DNA from: Octopus vulgaris
Taxonomy: Eukaryota
Assembly: GCA_951406725.2 (NCBI GenBank)
Contig: OX597822.1
Span: forward strand, 73,532,001 to 73,596,000
Direction: 5' to 3'
DNA: 64,000 bases
This document shows positions 50,628 through 64,000 of this stretch, one piece after another. The stretch's first letter is position 1. Each line of letters opens with the position of its first letter. Made by a program: the position numbers and the translations under genes. The notes beneath the pieces are model-generated. The model saw nothing but the letters and a program-made list of their open reading frames with translations, made no database searches and had not been told where the DNA came from.

Positions 50628-51025
50628 TTGGAAGCGTCAAGGTTTCCTCACCAAGTGTTATTCAGTGAACTCACATCAGGGAAAAGATCGCGGGGTTGCC
50701 CTCTTCGAAGATACAAGGACCAACTCAAAGTAATACCGAAAGCCACTAGAACTGAGCCTAAATCGTTTGAAACCCTTGCCCGAGACCATACCAAGTGGCG
50801 ATGTTCCGTCACCATCGGAACCAAAAAACTTCGAATACCCCAGAAGAAATCAAACGACAACAGAGAAAAGTTAGACAAAATCTGTCTCGTTCACCACCAA
50901 CATTGCCATGCAGTCAATGCTATCAACTTTTCTATGCAAGAATTGGTCTACAGTCATTGATGGCATCACCATAAAGGAAGCGTTCAGCAAATTCTCGGAT
51001 ATCAACATAAAGGCGACGACGTTGA
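50628..51025 (+). mobile_element. RTE LINE 3' coding fragment (second RTE family)
   Basis: RFPHQVLFSELTSGKRSRGCPLRRYKDQLK...FETLARDHTKWR. Confidence 0.8.
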
Positions 51026-51474
51026 TAAACGAGTAAAACAGTATCGAACGAAAGTTAAACCAAGGGAAATAATTTGAATATAGGCTCTACAGTTGTCTCC
51101 CTTGAGCAAGCTATATTTTTAACACTAATATTTCAGAGTTTAAAATTTAATATCGTATTTTGTTGACAATAAGCGACGTCTGATCAATTACTGGTTGACT
51201 GAAACAAAAGTGGCAACTGTACAATTAAGGTGGGAGAAATCCCCAAACGTAATACTGTTTGAAAGCCTTGCTTTATCGCTTTCCTTGCCTGTGTTTACAT
51301 TCGCCGGGTGAAGCTAAAGCTGAGCCAACCGGTAGTAGGACCTACGTGTAGAGCAAGAACGAGTCGTTTGTGTAATATCCTAAGTTTCAGATGTTCTCAG
51401 TTGGTCATACTGGGGACGCGAACTCGTACGTCCCACTCAGGAATAAGAGTGTGGAAAAGATACATACATACACA

Positions 51475-51573
51475 CGAGGAGTGTCTGAAAAATTTTGAGC
51501 CTTGAAGTATCTTCATCAGGAGTTTTGTGTCATGTTTTTTGTTTTAGGCTTAAGACTTTTCATACACCCCTCG
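51475..51573. mobile_element. Very short mariner-type MITE (about 100 bp)
   Basis: cgaggagtgtctgaaaaattttgagcct pairs imperfectly with aggcttaagacttttcatacacccctcg|ta. Confidence 0.6.
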
Positions 51574-52645
51574 TACATACATACATACATACATACATAC
51601 GTACGTACGTACGTGCATGAATACGAGCATGCATGCATGCATACATACGCATGTTAATGGTCGTCTTTATGCTCGGTTATAATAAAAGTAATTTGACATT
51701 AATCTGATGGGTAACTCAGTTCATTTGTAGAATACAAAAGCAGACGAAACTTCGAAGTGACTGTCAACAATATTCTTATCTATTTATCTATACATGGATA
51801 TATATATATATATATGTTTTTATATTTATTTATTTAATTATTTACTTTTGTTTATCTGGCACTTACTAATCTATAATTAATTTAATTTATAATTAATGAA
51901 CTTATATCTAAATTAATAGTAACTTCTGTTTACTTTTTGTGTATGTATATATACGTCTTTGGATGGGCAGACATATATTTTAATTTATGATTTAGAGGAT
52001 GTGAGTTGAGGTGTCGGGGTGTGTGAAAATGTGTATATGGACGTAAGTATGTTTTTGTACATATAGTGAGTTTCTGTGTGGATGTGTGGGTTTAGGGTTA
52101 GGGTTAGTTGTGGATGTTTTGCTTGTGCGGTGTGGTAGAGGTCGGGCGGCTCTCAATGGACCAACCATGAGGAAGATAATGATAATTTTAAATTCAAATC
52201 CAATAATGTCATAAGGAAAATTACTAACTGGAACCCGGACATACTTATGTGCCAATCTGGATCCTAATGTAAGCGTTATTGATAATATTATGAATGATAA
52301 TAATGGTAACATTTATTGTATTGACAACGATAATGATGCTAACTTCAATGACACTTTAGAAATTAGTATGAAGTAATATAATGTACTATTGCCTATGTAT
52401 ATTTGCATCTAGGTACTAATATGTGTATGTTTATTATCACAATATTAAATCGAAAAACTGAGATGTTGAATGTGGAACATATATATGTTTACTAATTTAT
52501 ATTATTTATTTATATCATTATGTATATGTATATTTTTATATGTATAGGAGTGTGAGTATATGCACTCATATGTATATGTATATGTTGTATTATGGGTATG
52601 TACCCACACCCATGTGGATATATATGTAGACTGATTTATATTATA

Positions 52646-53659
52646 CTAGCAGTATCGCCCGGCGTTGCTCGGGTTTGTAAGGGAAATAACTATATAAGCA
52701 TTTTTAGTGAGTTATAGCAAAAAAAAATAGCAAAAAATGCATTAAAAATGGAATAAAAAATGATAGTAATTTTTTTAATCCTTGACTCATCGTAGACATT
52801 TTTAGAGAGTTACTTCCCTTATATAATAGCGAAAAATGCATTAAAATGGAATAAAAAATGATGGTAATTTTTTTTTAATCGTTGACTCATCGTAGACATT
52901 TTTAGAGAGTTACTTCCCTTATATAATAGCGAAAAATGCATTAAAATGGAATAAAAAATGATTGTAAATTTTTTTAAAAATCGTAGACTCATCGTAGACG
53001 CGCGCTAATACCCAGAAGGGCTCGATATGAATCACGACTATAAGATATCCGGTTTTGGTTACACTGCACCGCAAAATGTGGGGGTAGTTAGGAATCTAAA
53101 ATCGTAGGAGACAGACACACAACCTTACTTTTATATATAAAGATTTGTGCAACAACTAAAACATTCGGTTGTGCAAATTGTTTGCACAGGAAACCTGCCC
53201 TGTGTGGCGGTAATTGCCGTTTTTGTGTATCTGTTTCAGCTTTTTTAGCGACTTCTGTTTTGGCGACTTCAAGCCATGAAGTCGTTGTTCTAAAAGAACG
53301 CTGGTCTCCTTGACAACGCATTACGACGTTGATTTCCTTACACTCCCTTCCCCACAGCTTCACGAGGGAGGGAAGAAGGGGGAGAAGCAACACAGATGCA
53401 GGTGTGACCATGGACGCCAACTCCGCCGCCATCGACACACGAAAAATTATGCATTAAAATGGAATAAAAAATGATGTTAAATTATTTCTAAAATCGTAGA
53501 CTCATCGTAGACGCGCGCTACTACCCAGACGGGCTCGATATGAATCACGACTATAAGATACCCGAATTTGGTGAAACTGCACCGCAAAATGTGGGAGTAG
53601 TTAGGAATCTAAATCGTAGGAGACAGACACTCACACAACTACAGTTTTATATATATAGA
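52646..53659 (-). mobile_element. Helitron family H1 with internal repeats and two 5' ends
   Basis: 3' CTAG and hairpin at 52646. About 105-bp internal repeats. 5'-type ends at about 53143 and at 53659. Confidence 0.85.
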
Positions 53660-53661
53660 TA

Positions 53662-53788
53662 ATCTCCGAAGAGGCCTTATGATATTTTTGTAAATGTCTC
53701 ATTTATATCTATATATTGACCTACCATAAAAGGCTAATATTGGTAAAATGAGACATACTTATCTACATGGCCGAAACAGCTGTAAGAT
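53662..53788 (+). ncRNA. Type I hammerhead-like motif with a variant core (CCGAAGA)
   Basis: atct-CCGAAGA-ggcc...ggcc-GAAA-cagctg-TA^agat. Stems I, II and III all pair. Confidence 0.65.
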
Positions 53789-54206
53789 GTAATCTATACT
53801 TATATTTATATTTACTTATATTTATATTCTCTTTTATATATATTCTACTTATTATACATCATTACTCTTTTATGTACACTTTTTTTATGTACACTACTGT
53901 ATGTACACTGATTTGTTCTGCTTTTTATATGTAACCCTACAGTCTCTTATGTGGTGGTTTAATAAAGTATGTGATTGAGTATTATCGTGTAATTGATATT
54001 TGATTTAGATGTATTTCTCCATTTTCTTATCTTGTATTAGTAATTTGTGGTAAATCATTTTACCTTTGCCCATATAATACAGTAAATGAATTGATTGCAT
54101 CGCAATCATTAACATTTATGTATTAACTTTGTTGGGTACTTCACTAGCAGTATATTGGATATATGTTATCCCATGGAGGGTTGCATTTACAACCCCTATC
54201 TCAATT

Positions 54207-54472
<266 letters not shown>

Positions 54473-54473
<1 letters not shown>

Positions 54474-55348
54474 GAAGGGATAACCAAAAGAAACCAGAAA
54501 TTTCCAATATTATTTTATTCACTTAGTTTTACATGTTTACACTTTTATCGACTTCAAAGTATTTCTCCATTTGAAGTAAAGCATCGGTCCAGACGTCTTT
54601 TCCACCATATTCGAAGCAGTGCTGGAACTCTACGATGTGGTGGCTTTAAACGCCTCCCTCGTTTTTGCACATCTGCGAATTCCGTAGCACCAGCATTCTT
54701 CATCAATGATGAGTTTCGAAAACAGGTCTGGATCAACTTCCAGTTGTTCTTTCATTCAGTCGTGACTGCTTTTGATCTTCCGTTAGCTAATGAGGGACAA
54801 ATTTTGCTGCACCTCCTTTCTTTCGCAATTCCCCGCTCAAAATTCTTTGGCAGGAGCTCCAGGACACCAGTCATATCAACAAGTTCGTCAATTGTTTGGC
54901 TACGGTCCTCCAAGATCAGTTCATGAATTTTCGTGATGTTTTCATTCGTTCGGGAGGTCGACGGTTGCCCTGAACGAGAGTGATTTTCAAGCGACAAGTG
55001 ACCATTCTTAAAGCGTAAAAACCACTCATAAACCTATGTTTTCTTCATGGCAGCGTCCATGTAAGTCGTTTGAGGCATGACAACTGTCTCAGCCGCCGTT
55101 TTTCCCGGCAGAAAACAAAATTTCATGGAAGCACGCCGTTTCTTCGTTTCAGCCAACGCAAAAATCAACGAACACGGGAGAGGCACTGCAAAACAAAGAC
55201 GTACCACATGACAGTACGACTAAAGTCGAAGACGCCGCTCAGCAGACTGATGCCCGAGGGTCGCATCAAGTGGCTTCTAGTGGAGGAAATCTGAACTAAA
55301 ATGGGCTTGTCTCACAAAACGTTTCTGGTTTGTTTTGGGTTATGTCGA
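54473..55348 (-). mobile_element. Deleted mariner element
   Basis: Left end ta|cgaagggataaccaaaagaaaccagaaa with a degenerate right TIR. Transposase fragment [44 protein letters not shown]. Confidence 0.8.
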
Positions 55349-55732
55349 AAGTATGTGATTGCGAATCGATCTTCATAACTACATAGCCATATTCTCGCTA
55401 AAAACCTATGTTTCTATTAATCTCTTAATCTCTATTTCTCTCTCTTTGTTTTAATCTCTTTTATTTTGTCTCCTTTACTTTCACTTTAGTACTCGTCTTA
55501 TTTTTCCTTCTTTCCTCTTAACGTCTCTCCTCTCGTAGTCCTTTTATTTTATTTTTTTTTGTCCGGGTTAGAAAATACTTCATTCCCCGCCAAACAAGTT
55601 ACTGATACACTGCCAACTCAGGGCGCCCACATTGGAGAATTGCACTCAGTCAATGCTACCGCGGTTGCTGCTACTGTTGCTCCTGATGTTCTTGCTGCAC
55701 ACGTTTTAATGATCGTTATAATTTCGTGTTGT

Positions 55733-55895
55733 GCTGTGTGGTAAGAAGTTTGCTTCTCAACCACATGGTTCCGGGTTCAGTTCCACTGCGTGACACTTTG
55801 GGCAAATGTCTTCTATAGCCTGGAGTCGATCAAAGCCTTGAGAGTGGATTCGGTAGATGGAAACTGAAAGAAGTCTGTTCATATATATATATATA
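55733..55895 (+). mobile_element. 5' half of SINE family A, followed by a Helitron in its (AT)n
   Basis: gctgtgtggtaagaagtttgcttctcaaccacatggttccgggttcag...ggaaactgaaagaag. Confidence 0.8.
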
Positions 55896-56533
55896 CTAGC
55901 AGTATCGCCCGGCGTTGCTCGGGTTTGTAAGGGAAATAACTATATAAGCATTTTTAGAGAGTTATAGCCAAAAAAATAGCAAAAAATGCATTAAAAATGG
56001 AAAAAATATGATGGTAAATTTTTTGAAAAATCGTTGACTCATCGTAGACATTTTTAGAGAGTTACTTCCCTTATATAATAGCGAAAAAATGCATTAAAAT
56101 GGAAAAAAAACGATGGTAAATTTTTTTTTAAATCGTAGACTCATGTAGACGCTTTCTTAGCCATTTCTGTTTTGGTGTCTTCAAGCCATGAAGTCGTTGT
56201 TCTAAAAGAACGCTGGTCTCCTTGACAACGCATTACGACGTTGATTTCCTTACACTCCCTTTCCCACAGGTGCAGGTGTGAGCGTGGACGCCAACTCCGC
56301 CGCCATCGACACACGAAAAATTATGCATTAAAATGGAATAAAAAATGATGTTAAATTATTTTTAAAATCGTAGACTCATCGTAGACGCGCGCTAATACTC
56401 AGACGGGCTCGATATGAATCACGACTATAAGCTACCCGAATTTGGTTAAACTGCACCGCAAAATGTGGGAGTAGTTAGGAATCTAAATCGAAGGGGACAG
56501 ACACTCTCACAACTACAGTTTTATATATATAGA
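55896..56533 (-). mobile_element. Helitron family H1
   Basis: Same termini as the copies at 47975 and 52646. Confidence 0.88.
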
Positions 56534-56587
56534 TATACATAGCGCAGTAGTGGTGAGATGTGACAGCAAAGAAAAGCATACATTCAC

Positions 56588-56820
56588 TCTCTGCATGCAA
56601 TTAGACTCGGAAAGTTCGTGAGGAACCCATTGACCCAATTTGCTGACTTTTCCGATAGCACACAGGTCTCAATGAATGGTTGAATGACCAAATCCAAGCT
56701 TCTCTGCTAGTTCCTCAACAGTTACGATGAGATTTTGTTCCACCAGGGTTTTCAGGATGTCCTTGTCGAGTTCTACAGATCATTCAGGATGAGGCTCGTC
56801 TTCTAGGCTGTTCCAATATA
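56588..56820 (-). mobile_element. Mariner transposase fragment
   Basis: SLEDEP...DILKTLVEQN..VTVEELAEKLGFGHSTIH*DL.AIGKVSKLGQWVPHELSE (WVPHEL motif). Confidence 0.85.
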
Positions 56821-56990
56821 GCTTTGAAAAAAATAGCTGTTAAAATCGAAATGCACTCTTCAAAACTTGCACTATGAATAAGGACAAGATAAAATTACTA
56901 CCTGCTTTTATAGCAAGTTAATATAAGTAGTTTATCCCATTCCCCTCTGACTTTTAGTTCAAGCTGTTGAAAAAACCGCATTATTATACA

Positions 56991-57022
<32 letters not shown>

Positions 57023-57336
57023 CACACACACTCTCTCTCTCACACACATGCACACATTTATATTCTGTTATTCTTTTATATGTTTCAGCCTTGAGGTTGT
57101 GGCCATGCTGGATCATGTGTGTGTGTGTGTGTGTGTGTCTATCTGTCTGTCTGTCTGTATGTATATATGTATATGTATGTGTGTGAACAATAATATTTTC
57201 AACAGATGTGTTGCAAATGTATCTGATTGTTCTCAAGCTTCAATACTGTGTGTGTGTGTATGTATGTATGTATGTATATGTATGTATGTATATGTATGTA
57301 TGTATGTATGTGTGTATGTATGTATGTGTGTGTGAA

Positions 57337-57383
<47 letters not shown>

Positions 57384-57974
57384 ATGTATGTATGTATGTA
57401 TGAGTGTATGTTTACTTTATTACTAACACAAGCCATTTAATGTAAAGTCTTCCTCAAATCACTATCTCTGGCTATTTACTCTCTTCCAAGAACATTTTCA
57501 CTCACACTTATGTGTTAGCTTCCCATACATTTTACTCATGTATCTATCAGCGTGATAGAGAGAAACAAATATTACATCTAGTTTCACTTTATTCGTTGCC
57601 CACTGTGTGTGTGCGTTTGCGTGTGGTGTAAACCAGACTAAGAAAAGCATTTGACACACACACCAGAATGTGAGTTTTCTGTAAATTTTGCTTAATTGGA
57701 GTTTAAATTTTAAAAACTGGACCTGGCATGACGCAATGCATTGTACTCTTAAAAATGGTAGGTAAATTGTAATTGAAGAAATCCTATATTGTAGATTTGT
57801 ATAACTCCCAAAGGGAGGCAGATAAAATCTGCCTTTTATAATAAGAGATATTATATATGTCTGTATGTTTGTATGTATGTCTGTCTGTATGTATGTGTGT
57901 GTGTGCGTGCGTGCGCGTGTGTATGTGTGTCTGTGTGTTTGCGCGCGCGCGCGCGCGTGTGTGTGTGTTTCTCC

Positions 57975-58160
57975 TACACCACCACTTAGCAACGTGTGTT
58001 GGTTTGTTGACGTCCCTGTAACCAAGCTCTTCGGCAAAAAAAGAAACGATAAAATAAGTACCTGGCTTGGAAAAATGTACTGGGGTCGATTCGTTCGACT
58101 AAAAAAAAAAAATCTTCAAGAGAGTGCTCCAGTATGACCGCAGTCTAATGGCTGAAACAT
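57975..58160 (+). mobile_element. 3' half of SINE family A (diverged)
   Basis: gataaaataagtacc...tactggggtcgattcgttcgactaaa...gtgctccagtatgaccgcagtctaatg. Confidence 0.7.
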
Positions 58161-58167
58161 CTTTTAA

Positions 58168-58740
58168 AGGCTTTTATGGACTTTCTGTGACATCTGCCTT
58201 GGAGGACATGAGAATCCTGAAAAAGCTGATTATTTAGGCTTGCATGAGTTTTAATCCAGTCAAATCCAGAAGTTTTGTGATGAAAAAGCGGCAGGGTCAG
58301 CTATACATTCGGTTTCTGTGAAAAGCTTGTGAAAAGGTGTTTGATTGCAGCCTAAAAGACACAGAAACTATGCGAACAACCACGAATTGAAAGTCTGTCT
58401 CGCCACAACAGACAAATCAGCCTACCCAGCAAGTTTTAGGCCTAGATTTAAGAGTATGACGTCAACTTAGGGATTCCTTGGTCATTCAAAAATTGCGATC
58501 TCGACATCCACGATCAAAGGCTCTTTTATCTTTTTACTTGTTTCAGTCATTCGACTGCGGCCATGCTGGAGCACCACCTTTAGTCGAGCAAATCTACCCC
58601 AGGACTTATTCTTTGTAAGCCTGGTACTTATTCTATCGGTCTCTTTTGCCGAACCGCTAAGTTACGGGGACGTAAACACACCACCGTCGGTTGTCAAGTG
58701 ATGTTGGGGGAACGAACGCAGACACACAAACGCATACACG

Positions 58741-58826
<86 letters not shown>

Positions 58827-59245
58827 CATGCATACGACGGGCTTCTTTCAGTTTCCGTCTACCAAATCCACTCACATGGCTTTGGTCGGCCAGAGGCTAT
58901 AGTAGAAGACACTTGCGCAAGGTGCCACGCAGTGGGACCGAACCCTGAAGCCTGTGCTTGGTAAGCAAGCTACTTACTACACAGCCACTCCGGCTGTGGA
59001 AGTCAACAGACTCATGAGGAAATTATTAGAAGTGCCGCAGACCTGGTCAGCTTGACCGTGTATGGACAGGATAAGTTGAAGTATTCCATCAGCCTCAAGT
59101 AGAATTCGTTGTGACTCATGATGAGGAATATGTTGCAATACCAAAAATTCTTCAACCCCAAAGTTTCTGAGGCTGGTATTCCGGTCAACAGTGGACGGAA
59201 ATGGAGAGACCATCGCTTTGGGCAAGGCTCACGTTGAGCTGACAC
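58168..59245 (+). mobile_element. Degraded non-LTR RT fragment, Hero-like clade, split by a SINE
   Basis: AFMD..., ACMSFNPVKSRSFVMKK, SVKSL..VFDCSLKD, DKS.LPSKF, PKVSEAGIPVNSGRKW. These match motifs I recall from Hero-clade RTs (AFMDD, ARMxFKPxKSRS, DKSGLPGKFK, VRTGRKW). Confidence 0.7.
58522..58991 (-). mobile_element. SINE family A, near full length
   Basis: Reverse complement of the 45127/46006 copies, including the intact site gtagcttgcttacc-aa. Confidence 0.9.
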
Positions 59246-60114
59246 AAACAGAGTAGTTCTCTTTTATCAAAATAAAGAACCAGACAGATTCAGTGAGATA
59301 AAAAAAAAATGCTGCTTGTTAGATGAGCTCGTTTTTTCGTTTTTCTTGTTTTAGGCCAGAGCTGCAGCCATGCTGATGCACCGCCGTTGTTCATAGAACT
59401 TTTACAAAAAACTAATTAAATTTGCAGCATTTCGAATTTTGATAAAGCCCCTTTGGTATTATATTCCTGTAATGTAAATTATAGGTACAATGTTAATCAA
59501 GTTTAATATATCCTACAACAAAAGAAGCATCAACATGCAAATGTTGATCCTTCTGTCCAGCACAAAACAAAGTTCTATTCCATTGTCCGTTCGACCATAT
59601 CTGCAGTGAGTTGGCCGAAGAAGTCACGAGTTCTCTACTCGGGTCCGCACTTATAATATTCTACTTGGCTACGTTACAAATAAGCTTGTTCTTACAGATA
59701 ATATTTCTACAGATAATAATTCGTGAATGTGAACACAAACAAATAACAGTTCCCACGACACTTTGGTAACTGCCAATAAATGCCCATATATACTCGGTGA
59801 CCGTCATTGTCTTCACAGATATAAAATGTCTGCTGTCGAATCCTCATTTAACCAAGTGTTTTACAAGAAAACCTCTCCAAAACATATTGCTTACACTCTG
59901 CAAACTATCCAACAATGAAACGTGCTTTAACAATATTCCACACACATCAATGCTCTGAAGTTTAACGGATTCAAACAAAAAATATAATACATTATAATAA
60001 AACACAACCCATCGGTAAAAAATTAGTCAAACAAAGAGCAGAAATTTAACGCTCCTCTTTTCAAATTTCATGTCACCATACTGTTGCGGAACTCTTCTTT
60101 TATTAGCCATGCAC

Positions 60115-60790
60115 CATTTCTCCAGTGGTGCTGTGGTCTCTTCCTGGAGACAATGGGTAACTATGTACTCCCGTTCCTCTCAGTCACGGTCGGGTCGTCC
60201 GGCGACTTAACCGGCTCCCCTCTTGCTTCAGCTTGCTGGATTTTTGGAGGAGGGTGTGAGGGCACCCATCTGAACTAAAAACAAGATCTGTTCAAACAAG
60301 GGCACAGGAGTGCTGTCCTTGTCCCTCACCACACCAAACTAAGACTCCAGCGGTGGATCAAGCGAAGGAAGCTAGATCTCCGAACTCAACGATTCATCCT
60401 AGCAGAAGAGGGCAATGCCAGACGGACCGGCTAGAAAGGCGCAACTCTAATGACATTGAAGCTAGTGGCATTCCTTGCAACCCATCTTCCAGACCTCGCA
60501 TGTCACTCCAGGTAGTGCCGCAGCCGAAGGATTTGGGGCCATAGTGCGTGGGGGGGTGTGCCTCTTAGCAAGATTTCCATCCTAAACAAACTCACGCCAT
60601 TGGCTGGTTTCTTTTTGATCCAACTCTTCCACCCCACTTTTTTTTATTTTTTTACAAAAGCACAACAGCGATGGGATAAGGACCGTAGGGGCAGGTTTTG
60701 GTAAAACTGGAAGCTCCTAGTCCGAACCTGCTCGTTGGCAGCAAAAGCAAGATGGTCGCCTTCTTGGGACCTGGTAACAACCCAGGGACA
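60115..60790 (+). mobile_element. GC-richer repeat fragment, probably a LINE (RTE-type) 5' UTR
   Basis: Compositionally distinct with no credible ORF. The assignment rests on recalled resemblance only. Confidence 0.35.
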
Positions 60791-60905
60791 CGGATTCAAT
60801 CATGGTACTCAACTGGTATTTCCTTTTTTGACCACGACATTATGTAAGGCGAAGTTGACCCTCAGCGGTATTTGAGCCCAGGGCATGGAGAACAGGAACG
60901 AATAC

Positions 60906-61933
<1,028 letters not shown>

Positions 61934-62364
61934 GTGCAGTGTATATTTCAAATACTCGGAACGTTTAATGACGTGTTCGTGGATCGTGGGACGTGGGGAG
62001 GCGGGAGAGTAGGTAAAAAAAAAGAATCAAGGAATAAGTTGCAATATATTGATATATTTGTTTTTATCTTTTATTTTATTTAAACATTTTCTTTTTTAAA
62101 ATCCGTTCTAAAAAATAAGAACAAAAACAAAAACAAGAAATGTAAAGAAAAAAAAATATATATAAACAACAACGAAATGTTAATTAAAAGAACATCAATT
62201 GAGGGTTGGTGGTTGGGTGAACGGGGCTGTGGTGGTAGGTAAAGGGGGGTTGGGGCTGGGGTTAGGGTGGGGACGTTATGTGGGTCAAAAATATGTTCCA
62301 CAAGTCTTTTTACACTTTGAATATGACCCATGTACAGTTTGTATGTTGAAGTTTTTTTTATTAC

Positions 62365-62460
62365 AAAGGAAGTGACGTCACAGTTTTTAAAATTTATTTA
62401 TTCGTAATATATAATACAAAGGGATCGGGGCGGAAACGGGACATTGTGACGTTTGTGCAT
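62365..62460. promoter_or_regulatory. Candidate promoter: ETS-CRE composite and a GC-box/ETS-like site
   Basis: ggaagtgacgtcac at about 62368 and ggggcggaaa at about 62427. A further aacatggcg (YY1-like) lies at about 62748. Confidence 0.35.
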
Positions 62461-62943
62461 TTAAACAAAGCTATGTACAAGTTTTTCTTTTAAATATATT
62501 TTTCGTAAAACTTTTTTTTTGTGTGTGTGTGGTTGTTTTCTCATTGATTAGTTGGGTATTAAACGCCGCCCTTTTTTTTTTTTTTTGGTCAGTAATGGTA
62601 ATGGTAGCAGTGGTAGTGGTGGTGGTGGTGGTGGTGGTGGCGGTGGTGGTTGGGGGGTACATTCGTTTTCGTTTTTTTTTTTTGTTTTTTCTTGTTGTTG
62701 GTTCTTTTTTTTTTTTTAGTGATGTCCTCGCAAAACGGAAACGGTTAAACATGGCGAAGTGTTGTTGGTCTCAAGAAATGTCATTGGTCAAAAATTAACG
62801 AATAATTTAAAGTCCGAAGATAACCTGAAAATAAAATAGGTGTGTGCTTCTTTGTGTGTGTGTGTGTATGTGTGTGCGTGCGTGCGCGTGTGTGTCTGTT
62901 ATTCGTATAGACATATATTTATGTATGTTGGCAAGTATGTATG

Positions 62944-62997
<54 letters not shown>

Positions 62998-63567
62998 TAG
63001 ATAGATAGATAGGTAGAGAGAGAGATAAATATATATTGTTGTTGTTGTTGTTGCTGGCCCCGGCTGACAGTACCCGGTATGGGCCCCTATCCAGGGTTAC
63101 GGAAAGGAGACAACCTTCAAAGAAATCCGGCATGGAGCCCCGTAGGCGGTTTAGTGTTCGACTCGACACTCTTCCGGCAACTCCTGCAACCAAGCTGGTG
63201 CCAAACGTAATGTTCTGCACTCCTTTTGGAATACATCAGCAAGGTCGAGAGAGGATTCCTGACGATTGGGCTACCCAGGATTTTCTTACATCTAGCCCAG
63301 GCCTGCGCAAAACAGAAGAGGAAACTGGAGAGGACATGAAAGGTAAAAGCCAGACTGGATTAGTTTATGCGCAACTCCATTGTCTCCCGAGACAAAAGAA
63401 TGCCAACAACAATATATACAGCATATTAATGGTTGGCAGTTAGAAGTTTTGTAGTTCTAGTTAATTAATCGATAAAATCAAGGCTCAATTAAATGTGAAA
63501 ACTGGTATATGGTGGTAAATTCTTCGAAACACGTGTAAGCTAAATAAACCATTGATATTGCATTTTG

Positions 63568-63619
<52 letters not shown>

Positions 63620-63645
63620 TATGCATGCATATATTTAAATATATA

Positions 63646-63696
<51 letters not shown>

Positions 63697-63745
63697 GTAT
63701 ATATATATATTTATTTATATATGTATATATATATTTATATATTTA

Positions 63746-63796
<51 letters not shown>

Positions 63797-63799
63797 TGT

Positions 63800-64000
63800 G
63801 ACCTCGTGAAGACTACCTGCAATTTTTTTTCCTCTGTCCTCCCGTCTCGGGATCTTTCTTTCTCCTATGTTTCCGACGAAGAGCTCCGCTCGAAACGTCA
63901 TACCCTCCTTCTTCCATTTTCTTGAGCGCCTAATAATAATAATACTGTAATTGTTCCACGTGTTGTTGTTTTTTCTGTTTTCCCGTTTGGATTAACCTTA
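63800..64000 (+). mobile_element. PLE-like non-coding repeat with a minimal hammerhead-like motif
   Basis: gttt-CCGACGA-agagctccgctc-GAAAC-GTC^atac at about 63870-63904. Same family as 25900-26090, and it follows an (AT)n tract. Confidence 0.6.

Noticed and set aside
63036-63443. 135-aa ORF with a leucine-rich start resembling a signal peptide
   Set aside because: The Leu run comes from a (TTG)n microsatellite. The rest has no recognisable domain and is probably a repeat UTR fragment.

Overview
AT-rich, microsatellite-dense animal DNA made almost entirely of nested transposable-element debris. The SINE and LINE families resemble those I recall from octopus or other coleoid cephalopods (inference, not a database result). 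I cannot support any host protein-coding gene. Recognisable content: RTE, Tx1/L1 and Hero non-LTR retrotransposons; Penelope-like elements (PLEs) with RT and GIY-YIG remnants; at least eight hammerhead-ribozyme-like motifs, several with intact cores; several mariner/Tc1 relics and MITEs; non-autonomous Helitrons; a 980-bp solo LTR with an ATAT target-site duplication (TSD); three tRNA-derived SINE families; a 95-bp tandem array; and many simple repeats. The strongest lead is at 30128-34655. There, two different Tx1/L1-clade elements start at the same nucleotide of a SINE's tRNA-derived head (aagtagcttgcttacc^), with a 16-bp TSD between them. This suggests a sequence-specific retrotransposon lineage that targets a SINE or its parent tRNA. 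The first element lacks its endonuclease and two other blocks, through deletions that keep one 655-aa ORF1-RT fusion frame open. Many boundaries were estimated by eye.
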